Below, in pieces: positions 47,452 to 57,095 of a stretch of DNA of 64,000 bases. The notes under the pieces are model-generated. The model ran no database searches. It was not told the origin of the DNA and saw only the letters and a program-made list of their open reading frames with translations. The translations under genes and the position numbers were made by a program. The stretch's first letter is position 1; every line of letters begins with the position of its first letter. The stretch lies in sequence record NC_015251.1. One strand, given 5' to 3'.

Positions 47452-49008
47452 ATGATTCTTGATATTCTTAATCAAATTAATTCTGCGCGTGGTAGTGCAA
47501 AACTACAAGTTCTGAAATCTCAAGAGAATAATGAACTTCTTAAAAAAGTTTGTTACATGACATATAGCAAACAGATCACTTTTGGAATCAGTAAAAAGAC
47601 TTTTCCAGAAAGATTGTTGGGGGAAAAAGAAACCATAACTCTAGAAGATGCTCTTTTGAATCTCAATATGTTGTATGCAACTCGCAAACTAACTGGTAAT
47701 AATGCTATTATTGCGCTGAAATGTATGATTTCTAGTTTGTCTATTGATGATGCTGAAGTGGTCAAACGTATACTTTTTGGGGATCTCGATGTTGGAATCA
47801 ACGTATCCACAATTAACAAGGTGTGGAAAGGGTTGGTTAAAGAACAGCCCCAGATGTTGAGTAGTCCAGAGGACCCCAAGCTAATCGATAAGATTTTAAA
47901 GCTTGGTAATGCATATGCCGAACTTAAAGCTGATGGTGCCCGTGGTTTTGGTGATATTTCCGGACACTCTAGTGTAGGTGGCATAAACTTTTACACCCGT
48001 AGCTCTAACGAGTATACCGGTCTAGAACGCATTATGAGAGCCATTGATAAAATGGAAGCCCATGGTTGGGTATTTGATGGGGAATTCGTTGTACGTGAAT
48101 CTAGCGCGGTAGAAATTGATGTTATGGCTTCACTGATGGGTGACGTTGAAGAAGTTGAACTATCTAAGAGTGATAAATACAAAACTGTTTTCGACCGTGA
48201 ATCCGGTAATGGAATTATGAACAAATCACTCAAGGCTAGTATCTCGCCGGAAGATGCGGATCGGGTTGTGTATCAGGTATGGGATATTGTTCCTCGAAAT
48301 GTGTATTATGGTGAGGTTCCTTGTCCTCCTGATCTGACTCAACAAAAACGCAGAAAAATCCTTATTGACTTCTTGAGTAAAATCGATGATGATTGTATTC
48401 AGATCATTGAATCAACCCCAGTTAAAACGATTGAAGATGTTCGCCGGGTTTATCAGGCATATGTTCAAGATGGATATGAAGGTATCATTCTGAAACATGG
48501 GGATTCTTTGTGGGAAGACAAACGAAGTAAACTATTTGTTAAATTTAAGGAAAAATATCCTTTCGACCTTGGTATTGTTGAAGTATACGAACACGATAAG
48601 GATCCTAACAAAGTCGGTGGTTTCGTTATGGTTTCCGATTGTGGTACAATCAAGACTCGGGGCGGTAGCGGTCTTACCGATACTACCCACAAGAAATCTT
48701 ATAGTGCGATTGATATGTTTAATCACCCCGAACTAGAAAGGTTTGAGGACAAAGGCGGTCAGTTTATCGAGATCTATATCCCGTTAGAAGAACGTGACGA
48801 ATTGGATCGAGAAAAGCTAATGCAGATGTATCGAAATGGTGAACTTGATGATATGATTGTAGAATGTGAGGTTAACGCCCCAACTACATCGAAGACCCGC
48901 AAAGCTGGGGATCCCGAGTTTAGTTTCTTCTTGCCAATCATTAAAAAGTTGCGTTGGGACAAAAACAAAGCAAATCGTTATGAAGATGTTTTTGTGATAA
49001 ACAGTTGA
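47452..49008 (+). CDS. 30: ATP-dependent DNA ligase
   Basis: ELKADGAR (KxDG), FDGEF, EGIILK, KRSKLFVKFKE. Confidence 0.96.
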   Translation: MILDILNQINSARGSAKLQVLKSQENNELLKKVCYMTYSKQITFGISKKTFPERLLGEKETITLEDALLNLNMLYATRKLTGNNAIIALKCMISSLSIDDAEVVKRILFGDLDVGINVSTINKVWKGLVKEQPQMLSSPEDPKLIDKILKLGNAYAELKADGARGFGDISGHSSVGGINFYTRSSNEYTGLERIMRAIDKMEAHGWVFDGEFVVRESSAVEIDVMASLMGDVEEVELSKSDKYKTVFDRESGNGIMNKSLKASISPEDADRVVYQVWDIVPRNVYYGEVPCPPDLTQQKRRKILIDFLSKIDDDCIQIIESTPVKTIEDVRRVYQAYVQDGYEGIILKHGDSLWEDKRSKLFVKFKEKYPFDLGIVEVYEHDKDPNKVGGFVMVSDCGTIKTRGGSGLTDTTHKKSYSAIDMFNHPELERFEDKGGQFIEIYIPLEERDELDREKLMQMYRNGELDDMIVECEVNAPTTSKTRKAGDPEFSFFLPIIKKLRWDKNKANRYEDVFVINS

Positions 49009-49061
49009 CATTCAATATACGGGGGAGTAAAATCCCCCATACATTCAAAGAGGAATATATT

Positions 49062-49238
49062 ATGAAAGGTTATATCTCATACATGGGTAAAGTTGTTGAT
49101 GTTGAACTGGATTCTGATGGAAACATCGATTTTGAATCTCTGGGGATCCCAGTTGTTGGAATTGTTCCTACCAAATTCAACCAAAATACGTTTGTAGACA
49201 CATACGGAAATGTTATCCACTTCAACGTATATCGTTAA
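49062..49238 (+). CDS. small hypothetical protein (58 aa)
   Basis: Start re-assigned to MKGYISY (GAGGA SD after a G5/C5 hairpin). Confidence 0.65.
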   Translation: MKGYISYMGKVVDVELDSDGNIDFESLGIPVVGIVPTKFNQNTFVDTYGNVIHFNVYR

Positions 49239-49248
49239 GGATATAAAT

Positions 49249-49851
49249 ATGAGTATTCGTAAATTCAAATTCAAGAACGTAGAATTTTTCAAGTCTTTCA
49301 TTAGTAAACATGATGAACTTCGTGGGGTTTTGTATTGGCATCATCCATTTGAAGTGGAATATGACGAAGATTTTGGTTCTATTCATAATATTAAAGATCT
49401 TATGGACCAATGGCACACAACCGAGTTTGGAACTCCTTTCTTCGGACATAACGAGATCAAAGAAAATCTTATTGAGATTTACGACTGCGAATATATGAAT
49501 AATATAGGTATGTCTCGGGATGATTATTGGAAAGAGGTAATGAATCGCCGTCAGCCCGAATGGTGTGAACTCGACAGATTGAATATGATAGCTTCTCACT
49601 TCTTCCATGAAGATGAATCAAAAGATTTTTATTATGGTGGGAAATTGTCTACATTTCTTCGGGAAGCAAAGCGCCCATATGGTAATAAAGATAAACCGCA
49701 ATCAATTGCATACACCCTTGGTTGGGATTGGGCTCGAAATTTGTGTCATGATATGAAAGGGCTTCCTGATGATGTTAAAGAAGCCGCAGAAAACCTACAT
49801 AAAAAACTTATAGAACAAGTAGAAGAGAAGGAAAAGGATGAGCGAGAGTGA
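49249..49851 (+). CDS. hypothetical protein; N-terminus related to the 2262/2538 family
   Basis: Start MSIRKFKFK with AAGGA SD. Confidence 0.7.
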   Translation: MSIRKFKFKNVEFFKSFISKHDELRGVLYWHHPFEVEYDEDFGSIHNIKDLMDQWHTTEFGTPFFGHNEIKENLIEIYDCEYMNNIGMSRDDYWKEVMNRRQPEWCELDRLNMIASHFFHEDESKDFYYGGKLSTFLREAKRPYGNKDKPQSIAYTLGWDWARNLCHDMKGLPDDVKEAAENLHKKLIEQVEEKEKDERE

Positions 49852-51142
49852 AATCACACTAACCCCAAGTCAGAATATGGCAGTAAATGAAGTAAAGAAC
49901 GGGACCGGACATATCACTATTTCCGGTCCTCCCGGTAGTGGGAAAACTTTTTTGGTAAAATATTTGATAAAGATGTTGGGTGATGAATTGGGGACGGTTC
50001 TTGCCGCACCAACACACCAAGCCAAAATTGTATTAACCGAAATGTCTGGGATTGAAGCATGTACGATCCATAGTTTGATGAAAATCCATCCAGAAACTCT
50101 GGAAGATATTCAAATATTCGACCAAAGCAAATTACCCGATTTGAGTAATATTCGTTATTTGATCGTTGAAGAAGCTTCGATGCATTCAAAAACCTTATTC
50201 AAAATCACTATGAAATCTATCCCTCCTACTTGTCGTATAATCGCAATTGGAGATAAGGACCAGATTCAGCCGGAAGAACACGCTCAAGGTGAACTTAGTC
50301 CATATTTTACAGATCCTAGATTCTCGCAGATTCGTCTTACTGATATTATGAGGCAATCACTGGATAATCCTATTATTCAGGTTGCAACTAAGATCCGTGA
50401 AGGTGGGTGGATTGAACCTAATTGGAATAGAGATACCAAAACTGGGGTTTATAAAGTCTCCGGTATCACGGATCTCGTTAATTCATATCTTCGTGCAGTG
50501 AAGACACCCGAGGATTTAACCAAGTATCGGTTTTTGGCATACACTAATAAAGTTGTAAACAAGGTTAATTCTATTGTTCGGGAACATGTATATAAAACCA
50601 AGTTACCATTTATTGAAGGTGAAAAAATAGTTCTTCAAGAGCCGGTAATGGTTGAACATGAAGATGACACCATAGAAACCATTTTTACAAATGGTGAAGT
50701 GGTAACTATCAATGAAATTGAAGTATTTGATAGGACAATTCGAATTGACGGATCCCCAGAATTTAAAGTCAATGCTGCTAAATTATCAGTATCTTCTGAT
50801 TATTCTGGTATAGAACATGATTTTTGTGTATTATATGGGTCTGAATCCCGACTCGAATTTGAATATCAACTAAGTGAATCTGCCGGAAATATTAAACAAA
50901 TGGGTAAAGGTGGAAATCAACGTTCCGCTTGGAAGTCATTTTGGGCAGCTAAAAAGATGTTTATAGAGACTAAATCTCTTGGGGCATCAACCATTCATAA
51001 GAGCCAAGGTAGTACGGTTAAAGGTGTTTGGTTGGCATTACATGATATACATTATGCTGATGAAGAACTGAAACAACAGTTGGTTTATGTTGGTGTTACA
51101 CGCCCTACCGATTTTTGTTTGTACTTTGACGGCACTAAATAA
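49838..51142 (+). CDS. dda: Dda DNA helicase (SF1B)
   Basis: GPPGSGKT, APTHQAK, TIHSLMKI, VEEASM, GDKDQIQP, TIHKSQGST, YVGVTR. Confidence 0.96.
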   Translation: MSESEITLTPSQNMAVNEVKNGTGHITISGPPGSGKTFLVKYLIKMLGDELGTVLAAPTHQAKIVLTEMSGIEACTIHSLMKIHPETLEDIQIFDQSKLPDLSNIRYLIVEEASMHSKTLFKITMKSIPPTCRIIAIGDKDQIQPEEHAQGELSPYFTDPRFSQIRLTDIMRQSLDNPIIQVATKIREGGWIEPNWNRDTKTGVYKVSGITDLVNSYLRAVKTPEDLTKYRFLAYTNKVVNKVNSIVREHVYKTKLPFIEGEKIVLQEPVMVEHEDDTIETIFTNGEVVTINEIEVFDRTIRIDGSPEFKVNAAKLSVSSDYSGIEHDFCVLYGSESRLEFEYQLSESAGNIKQMGKGGNQRSAWKSFWAAKKMFIETKSLGASTIHKSQGSTVKGVWLALHDIHYADEELKQQLVYVGVTRPTDFCLYFDGTK

Positions 51143-51184
51143 TATAAAGGGGGAGATAATCCCCCAAAATAAAGAGGATCTATA

Positions 51185-51358
51185 ATGGATAAGTGTATTG
51201 TTTGTAAACAAGAAGTAAAAGCCCACGAAGTTGCTATGACTCCCCATGGAATTGTTCATGCTGGGGTATGTCTATCTTTCTATGATGAGAAGGCAAAGAC
51301 TCCCTTTCTGAGTGAATCTGATATCGGTAAAGAATTAGAACAGGTGCAAATTCTGTGA
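51185..51358 (+). CDS. uvsY.-2: UvsY.-2-like small protein (57 aa); absent from ORF track
   Basis: MDKCIVCK...TPHGIVHAGVC...LSES matches the T4 uvsY.-2 pattern; overlaps the uvsY start. Confidence 0.8.
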   Translation: MDKCIVCKQEVKAHEVAMTPHGIVHAGVCLSFYDEKAKTPFLSESDIGKELEQVQIL

Positions 51359-51771
51359 GTCATTCATTGGAATCATTACAGGAAGAATTGGATAAAGACC
51401 TTATTATTGATAGGACTAATATCCAAAGTGCGGCTGTGAGTAATCCGGTAATCTATGGGAAGTGGATCAAGTATAAAGCGGATCTGTGTCGTCAACGAAT
51501 TGGGTTGGAAGCAGAACGACTAACCGTTACTCGGGATAGCCTAATGCATAATACCGGTCGTGGTGATGATGTGTGTATGTTTGAGTTTAGTTCTACAGAA
51601 TTAAAAGTAATCATACCCGCAGAAGACGAAGTTATGAAATGTAACAAGAAAGTAGATTATATTGATGTAATGATCAAATTTTGTGATGGTGCTATTGAAT
51701 CCGTTAGACAACGAGGGTTTAGTATCAGAGCAATTATCGATCATCAAGCTCTTATGGCTGGTATAAAATAA
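51355..51771 (+). CDS. uvsY: recombination mediator UvsY
   Basis: LESLQEELDKDLIID...IYGKW...GRGDDVC...RGFSIRAII. Confidence 0.92.
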   Translation: MSHSLESLQEELDKDLIIDRTNIQSAAVSNPVIYGKWIKYKADLCRQRIGLEAERLTVTRDSLMHNTGRGDDVCMFEFSSTELKVIIPAEDEVMKCNKKVDYIDVMIKFCDGAIESVRQRGFSIRAIIDHQALMAGIK

Positions 51772-51808
51772 AAAATCCCAAGAGATTCAATCTCTTGGGA
51801 TTTTTGTT
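51770..51808. terminator. bidirectional terminator between uvsY and uvsW.1
   Basis: AAAAATCCCAAGAGATT-C-AATCTCTTGGGATTTTT near-perfect palindrome. Confidence 0.85.
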
Positions 51809-51809
51809 T

Positions 51810-52082
51810 TTAGAAGTCTTCCACTTCTTGACCATCTTCTTCGGCGGCAAACGCTTCACGGCGACCATCTATGGCATCACGAATTTGAATGTCGTCTGTA
51901 TCCGAAATGGTAACGTTCTTGATACGAGAGGTGTAATAACTTTCAAGTTCATCAAGTCCCTTTGGAGTTAGACAAGACATAATCTTACCCAAGAACTTTT
52001 CTATACTAACTGATGGTTTATCAGAACCTTCAACCTCTTCCTCAACTTCTTCTTTTATAAGCATATAATCTTTGAAATACAT
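51810..52082 (-). CDS. uvsW.1: UvsW.1
   Basis: SIEKFLGKIMSCLTPKGLDELESYY...DDIQIRDAIDGR. Confidence 0.88.
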   Translation of the reverse strand: MYFKDYMLIKEEVEEEVEGSDKPSVSIEKFLGKIMSCLTPKGLDELESYYTSRIKNVTISDTDDIQIRDAIDGRREAFAAEEDGQEVEDF

Positions 52083-53587
52083 TACAGTATAACCTCTTTA
52101 ATTTGATATTCGAAATGTTCAGAATTGTACCGTTCAATGCGATTCAATCCATGTTTGTACAAAAAGTTTTTATGATTATACTTGACAGAACCGGGTTTAC
52201 TATTTTTTGATTCCGTACAAAGGTTATCTATAATATCCCACAGATGAGCAAGTAGTTTAGAATCGTGTTTTCTTAAAACCCGACCTATAGACTGCAACGT
52301 TAATACTTTGGATTTCAAACCAGAGCCAAATATAACGTGATGTAATTTCTTTATAGAAATACCGGTCGCAAATATACCATAAGACGCAACGATGATAATT
52401 CCGTCCCCAGCTTCGGCGGCAACTTTTAGCGCGTCCCGATCAACAGTCTTAGTATCACCATTAGCAAAGAATACCTTATCATGCTTCTTACATAGTGCCT
52501 CATAAAGTTTCTTTCCATGGGCTTTATGTCTAAAAAGTATTAAGGTATTTTCATTATTTACCTTGCTTAATTTAAGAGCCAGCTTACATACAAACGCATT
52601 ACGCTTTGTATGTTCTTCCATAAATGTCACTTCTTGTTGATACTCAATACCTTTAGTAACTACACAATCTTCTTTAGGATATCTCAGGAACAGACAATTA
52701 ATTTTTAGGTCTGTTACTTGTCCCTCTTCCATAAGCTGTTTTGTACTTACCGGCTTATATACATCACCAAATACCCCTACATACGACATAATATTACATT
52801 TACCGTCTTTAAGGGACCCACTCATACCAAACTTAAAAGGGCATTCGTTTAGATTTGTTATGATATTCTTTATCTCAGATCCTACGTTATGACATTCGTC
52901 AATCATAAGCATACCGAATTGTTTAAACCAATGAGCCGGTTGTTTAGATGCACTTTGCCAAGTAGAAACGTAGATAGGGCACTCTGAATCTTTTCTCTTA
53001 CCTGCCATAATACCATGAGTAAATGACGGGCTTATGAATCCATAATCGTTGAAGTCATCCAACATCTGAGTAACCAACGATGTTGTAGGAACGATTAATA
53101 GAACTTTCCCGCTATAATTAGTGATATACCAATAGCAAAGTAAAGCAGCGATTAGAGATTTACCCGCAGACGTTGGAAGGTTTAATATTCCACGATTTTT
53201 TGTGATCGCATAATAAACTGCATCCGCCTGATACCAATGAGGGGTAATAGGTTCACCTTTGCTCATAATTTGGATACCATTCAACCATGCATCAAATTCT
53301 TCTCTACTTACAAAATTAGGTTCTGGATTGAAATCAGAATCCTTTGTGAAGTCGTATTCATTTTTAGCGCAATATTTTTCTAGGTGATTAACCAAACCGT
53401 ATGGAAATTTACCATCAGGTTGTAATAGCCGGATCCTTCCGTCCCAACTACTATATTTAAATTTAGGGTTGAACCTCGCACCGCCATCCATTTCAAAAGA
53501 GTAATATTCTCTCAATTCTCTAAAAATGTCTTGATCGGTTTCAATTTCAGCATGACTATAATCATGGAATTTTACGTTAACTTTCAT
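52082..53587 (-). CDS. uvsW: UvsW RNA-DNA/branch-migration helicase (SF2)
   Basis: PHWYQ, LPTSAGKS, STWQS, IDECH, SGSL, LQSIGRVLR. Confidence 0.97.
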   Translation of the reverse strand: MKVNVKFHDYSHAEIETDQDIFRELREYYSFEMDGGARFNPKFKYSSWDGRIRLLQPDGKFPYGLVNHLEKYCAKNEYDFTKDSDFNPEPNFVSREEFDAWLNGIQIMSKGEPITPHWYQADAVYYAITKNRGILNLPTSAGKSLIAALLCYWYITNYSGKVLLIVPTTSLVTQMLDDFNDYGFISPSFTHGIMAGKRKDSECPIYVSTWQSASKQPAHWFKQFGMLMIDECHNVGSEIKNIITNLNECPFKFGMSGSLKDGKCNIMSYVGVFGDVYKPVSTKQLMEEGQVTDLKINCLFLRYPKEDCVVTKGIEYQQEVTFMEEHTKRNAFVCKLALKLSKVNNENTLILFRHKAHGKKLYEALCKKHDKVFFANGDTKTVDRDALKVAAEAGDGIIIVASYGIFATGISIKKLHHVIFGSGLKSKVLTLQSIGRVLRKHDSKLLAHLWDIIDNLCTESKNSKPGSVKYNHKNFLYKHGLNRIERYNSEHFEYQIKEVIL

Positions 53588-53618
53588 GTGAATCTCTCAT
53601 TATATTCTAATACTATAT

Positions 53619-53638
53619 TATTTAGGGATCTCTAAATA
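53619..53638. promoter_or_regulatory. back-to-back late promoters (CCTAAATA minus for uvsW; TCTAAATA plus for 53686 gene)
   Basis: TATTTAGG at 53619-53626 and TCTAAATA at 53631-53638. Confidence 0.65.
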
Positions 53639-53685
53639 AAGTAGGGAATGAGAACTCATTCCTTCCTATAAGTAGGGGAATAATC

Positions 53686-54051
53686 ATGTTAATAAACAAT
53701 AAATTGTTTAAGGACACCCTACCCGTACTATCAGTTGTCATTGCAATTTGGGCCTCGATATTCTCATATAATGAGTTTATTGCAGACGCTCGCCAAGTTG
53801 CATTGAAAGAGCAGATCACAACCCACATGGACAAGTCTATAGACAACCTTAGAACGGAGATTAAAAGTCTCCCAAATAAGGAGTCGGTGGAAACTGCCCA
53901 ACTAAGGGCTATGCTATACAGTAAAGACTTGATCGATGAGGCTAATCGGGGGAACCGACTTGAGATTGCTGAACTGGAAAAGCGTATTGGTGATATGGAA
54001 AGCGCAAGTATCGAATCGAAAGATCGTAAAAAGCGTAGAGAAGACGGTTAA
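53686..54051 (+). CDS. late single-pass membrane protein with coiled coil
   Basis: 121 aa; hydrophobic LPVLSVVIAIWASIFSY followed by a helical region. Confidence 0.7.
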   Translation: MLINNKLFKDTLPVLSVVIAIWASIFSYNEFIADARQVALKEQITTHMDKSIDNLRTEIKSLPNKESVETAQLRAMLYSKDLIDEANRGNRLEIAELEKRIGDMESASIESKDRKKRREDG

Positions 54052-54068
54052 AGGGTTTGTCTAAGTGG

Positions 54069-54099
54069 GTCACACGCGAGAGCATGTGACCTTTTTTTA
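54069..54099 (+). terminator. intrinsic terminator
   Basis: GGTCACA...TGTGACC followed by TTTTTTT. Confidence 0.7.
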
Positions 54100-54108
54100 T
54101 AAAAAGTG

Positions 54109-54137
54109 TTGACCTATCCATCTGGTTTAGGTATTAT
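54109..54137 (+). promoter_or_regulatory. sigma70-like early promoter
   Basis: TTGACC-17 bp-TATTAT with an upstream A-tract. Confidence 0.7.
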
Positions 54138-54168
54138 CTATCTCGTTGAGACGCAAAAGGAATCAAGA

Positions 54169-54651
54169 ATGATGAACAAAGAATTTGAATTTATGTTTGA
54201 TATGGATGGTGTTCAGGCCGATTGGTGCCATTCATTTGATGTTGTGTACGGTTCCGGTGCCTCTGAAATTTTTGATAGTCTTGGAAAAGAAGAAAAGAAT
54301 GTTGTTAAGGCAGAGCTTGCAAATGGTGATTTTTATCGTCACCTTCCAGTAATGGAGAAAGGTGTGGCTCTGGTGATAGAACTGGTTCGGCGCGGTCGTA
54401 AAGTTAGATCCTGACCAGTGTTGGTCGTCAGAACCCAAAAAACGTAGTTCGTCAGAAGAGAGCATGGATCTCTGATGTGTACCCCTGCTGACGTTGCTGT
54501 TGTTCTTCTGGAAAATTTCTATTATACTCTGTGTAGTGAAGATAAAGCAGCGTTTGCCCGTCCTAATGTGTGTCTGGTAGATGACCGAGCGAAAAGCCGT
54601 GAACCTTTCATTGCTGCCGGTGGCGTTGCTGTTGATATTGTTGACCTTTAA
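54169..54651 (+). CDS. HAD-family 5'(3')-deoxyribonucleotidase-like protein, two frameshifts
   Basis: FDMDGV (motif I) in the listed ORF; ILTSVG and LVDDR (motif IV) recovered in shifted frames. Confidence 0.75.
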
Positions 54652-54663
54652 GAGGAATTTGTT

Positions 54664-54981
54664 ATGTTGATTGAAAGTCTGTCTGTTGGTGCGGTTTGTC
54701 TTGGTCTTGCCTATGGTCTTGACAAATTTATGGGAACTGGGTTGTTTAAATGGAAAGAGACCCCAAAAGATATCAATTTAGTTATCTCTAAGGAAGACCA
54801 AAATCGAAAATTGAAGAATGAACTCAATTTGGGTAAGATTGTTAATGAACAAAAAGTTAAAAACAAAAATTATTACGGTGGTCATAAAGCAAAGGTTATC
54901 CATAAAGAGCATAAGCTTAATAAACCGCATCCAGTAATTGTTAATTTTGTAAATAAATTGTATAAGGAAAACCAAAAATGA
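54664..54981 (+). CDS. hypothetical protein with N-terminal membrane anchor
   Basis: 105 aa; GAGGA SD. Confidence 0.7.
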   Translation: MLIESLSVGAVCLGLAYGLDKFMGTGLFKWKETPKDINLVISKEDQNRKLKNELNLGKIVNEQKVKNKNYYGGHKAKVIHKEHKLNKPHPVIVNFVNKLYKENQK

Positions 54982-55295
54982 ACCAAGAACAATACCAACA
55001 CATCTATTTTTCAAAATGTAGCACATCGATCTGGCGAAACAATAACGGTCGTGATGCAGAGGCTTTGCCTAAAAACAAACCACTCGACTTTTTGAATGAA
55101 CAATGTGAACTTGTAAATTCTGGTAAAAAGTATTTTGTATGTACCTGTTGTGGTACAGCAAAAGATAAAGAGCAACTTATCGGAAATGTATTTGCAGGAT
55201 ATTACTGTTATGAATGTCACGATAAAACCCCGCAGATCCAACGGAACCTTCGTGATAGTAAAAATCTGGATTTTATGACTAATTTAATTATATGA
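54978..55295 (+). CDS. hypothetical Zn-ribbon protein
   Basis: CTCC...CYEC motifs; ATGA overlap. Confidence 0.7.
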   Translation: MNQEQYQHIYFSKCSTSIWRNNNGRDAEALPKNKPLDFLNEQCELVNSGKKYFVCTCCGTAKDKEQLIGNVFAGYYCYECHDKTPQIQRNLRDSKNLDFMTNLII

Positions 55296-55305
55296 GGAAG
55301 AATAA

Positions 55306-56313
55306 ATGATTTTTGTAAAATATAACTCTCTGGAAAACCACTATCGTCAGAACGTAATTGATGCATTCGTTAATGCTGGGTACACCGCCCCCGGAGTTGA
55401 TTGGGTAGTAATGAAAAACCTCCACGGAACTAATTTTCAACTGGCAGTAGATGAATCCCATGTACAGGCTGGGCGGCGAACCGACCTTCTTGGAGATTTC
55501 GACCAGTTCTTTGAAGCGGATCTCATTGTAAAACGTTATGAAGAAAAGGCTAGGGAAGTATTCAACGAAATTAAACTGTGTATTGATAACGTAACACAAA
55601 TTACCATTTTCGGGGAATATGCGGGTAATCTTACCTCTGGTAAGAAGATCCAAAAAGAAGTAGAATATGGGGATCAAGATTTCTACGTATTCGATATCAT
55701 GGTTTTTGTAGAAGGGGAAGAGTCTGGTTACTACCTACACCATGATGCAGTTATGGAGCTTATTAAAAATAAATTCAAACATGCACCAGTGATCTATATT
55801 GGGAGTTTTGATGGTGTTACCAAACTTCCGAATGACTTCCAATCCATAGTAATCCCGTCAAACAAGGCTGGTAAATTTGGATTGGTTGAAGGGACTGATA
55901 ACATTGCAGAGGGTTTTGTTGCAAAAACTGCTAATGTGGTGTATACCCGATTTGGTCGGGCAATCTTCAAATCTAAAAACTCCAAATTTACCGAGAAAGG
56001 TAAATCTGATAAACCTGTTAAGGTGAAGGAACCTCTTGGAGAATCCGACCTTGAAATGGTACATGAGATCTCAGAATATCTAAATGTAAATCGTCTCAAA
56101 AACGTCCTTAGTAAGATTGGGATCCCGACTACCAAGGAATTTGGTAAGGTTGCTGGTAACCTATCCAAAGACGCAATTGAAGATTACACCAAGGACACAG
56201 AAAAGAGTCTCCGCGATGCAGATCGCCCGTCTGATGTAGGTAAAGCAGTGAACAACCTTGCAGGGGAACTTGTTCGGGATAACTGGATGAACATTTTGGA
56301 CGGAAATTTCTAA
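55306..56313 (+). CDS. rnlB: RNA ligase 2
   Basis: FVKYNSLENHY, HGTNF, IFGEYAG, FYVFDI, EGFV, IFKSKNSKFTEK; motif I reads KNLHG instead of EKxHG. Confidence 0.93.
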   Translation: MIFVKYNSLENHYRQNVIDAFVNAGYTAPGVDWVVMKNLHGTNFQLAVDESHVQAGRRTDLLGDFDQFFEADLIVKRYEEKAREVFNEIKLCIDNVTQITIFGEYAGNLTSGKKIQKEVEYGDQDFYVFDIMVFVEGEESGYYLHHDAVMELIKNKFKHAPVIYIGSFDGVTKLPNDFQSIVIPSNKAGKFGLVEGTDNIAEGFVAKTANVVYTRFGRAIFKSKNSKFTEKGKSDKPVKVKEPLGESDLEMVHEISEYLNVNRLKNVLSKIGIPTTKEFGKVAGNLSKDAIEDYTKDTEKSLRDADRPSDVGKAVNNLAGELVRDNWMNILDGNF

Positions 56314-56332
56314 AATAAATTAAAAAAAGGGG

Positions 56333-56361
56333 TTGCATCGGTCAGCCCCTTTTGGTATCTT
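56333..56361 (+). promoter_or_regulatory. sigma70-like early promoter overlapping the rnlB terminator hairpin
   Basis: TTGCAT-17 bp-TATCTT; AAAAGGGG...CCCCTTTT inverted repeat spans the -35. Confidence 0.6.
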
Positions 56362-56398
56362 ATTCATATCGAAACAAGAGATGAAAAGGAAGAGAATC

Positions 56399-57025
56399 AT
56401 GAACAACGAAAAATTCGAAATTCTGATGAGTGAAGCGGTTGAGATGGTTGAAGCTGGTTTTGTTTCTAAAGCCGGTCAAAAAAGAGCCCTCGCACTTTGC
56501 ACATCAATGATGGATATGATTCGTGCGGAATTCTCCGGTGCATATCTCGACCTTTACAACTACGAAGAACGTGACTTGCCAGAAAATCAAGCGGCTTGTG
56601 ACCTGTATTATGCCCAACCGAACACCGCGACTTTCGCAAAGTATTTGGTAAAGGCAGAAACCGCAGTGGGTCGTATGGATAAAGAGGTTGTTAACTCCCT
56701 GATTGCTCTTGGTGAACAAGTTGTTGCGATGATAGCAACAATCAAGGCCGCAGAAATCAAAGCTCCCGAGCCGAAAGTAAGCGAGCGCGAGATTGCAGTT
56801 AAGGAATCCATCATGGACCTGATGAAACGCCGTGGTGAACAATATAACCGTTGTCTGCGCCTTGATGAAATGTTCGGGACTATGGGTATCACCGCGAACG
56901 TTCACATTGTTCACGGTCACAAAGGAACTGTGTTTCTTCGCGCCTTCTACTACATTCTCGGTCATCTGACCCCCCTGAGTGTGATTATCGCAGCGATTGA
57001 AGAAGCTAATAAGCGTAATAAATAA
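56399..57025 (+). CDS. early hypothetical protein (208 aa)
   Basis: Start re-assigned to MNNEKF downstream of the early promoter. Confidence 0.75.
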   Translation: MNNEKFEILMSEAVEMVEAGFVSKAGQKRALALCTSMMDMIRAEFSGAYLDLYNYEERDLPENQAACDLYYAQPNTATFAKYLVKAETAVGRMDKEVVNSLIALGEQVVAMIATIKAAEIKAPEPKVSEREIAVKESIMDLMKRRGEQYNRCLRLDEMFGTMGITANVHIVHGHKGTVFLRAFYYILGHLTPLSVIIAAIEEANKRNK

Positions 57026-57033
57026 GAAGACAA

Positions 57034-57065
57034 GAAACGTTGGCTTGAAAAGGTCAACGTTTCTT
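57034..57065 (+). terminator. terminator-like hairpin
   Basis: GAAACGTTGGC...GGTCAACGTTTC inverted repeat. Confidence 0.55.
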
Positions 57066-57095
57066 GACAATTAACTTAAAAGGTAATTTTCAAAA

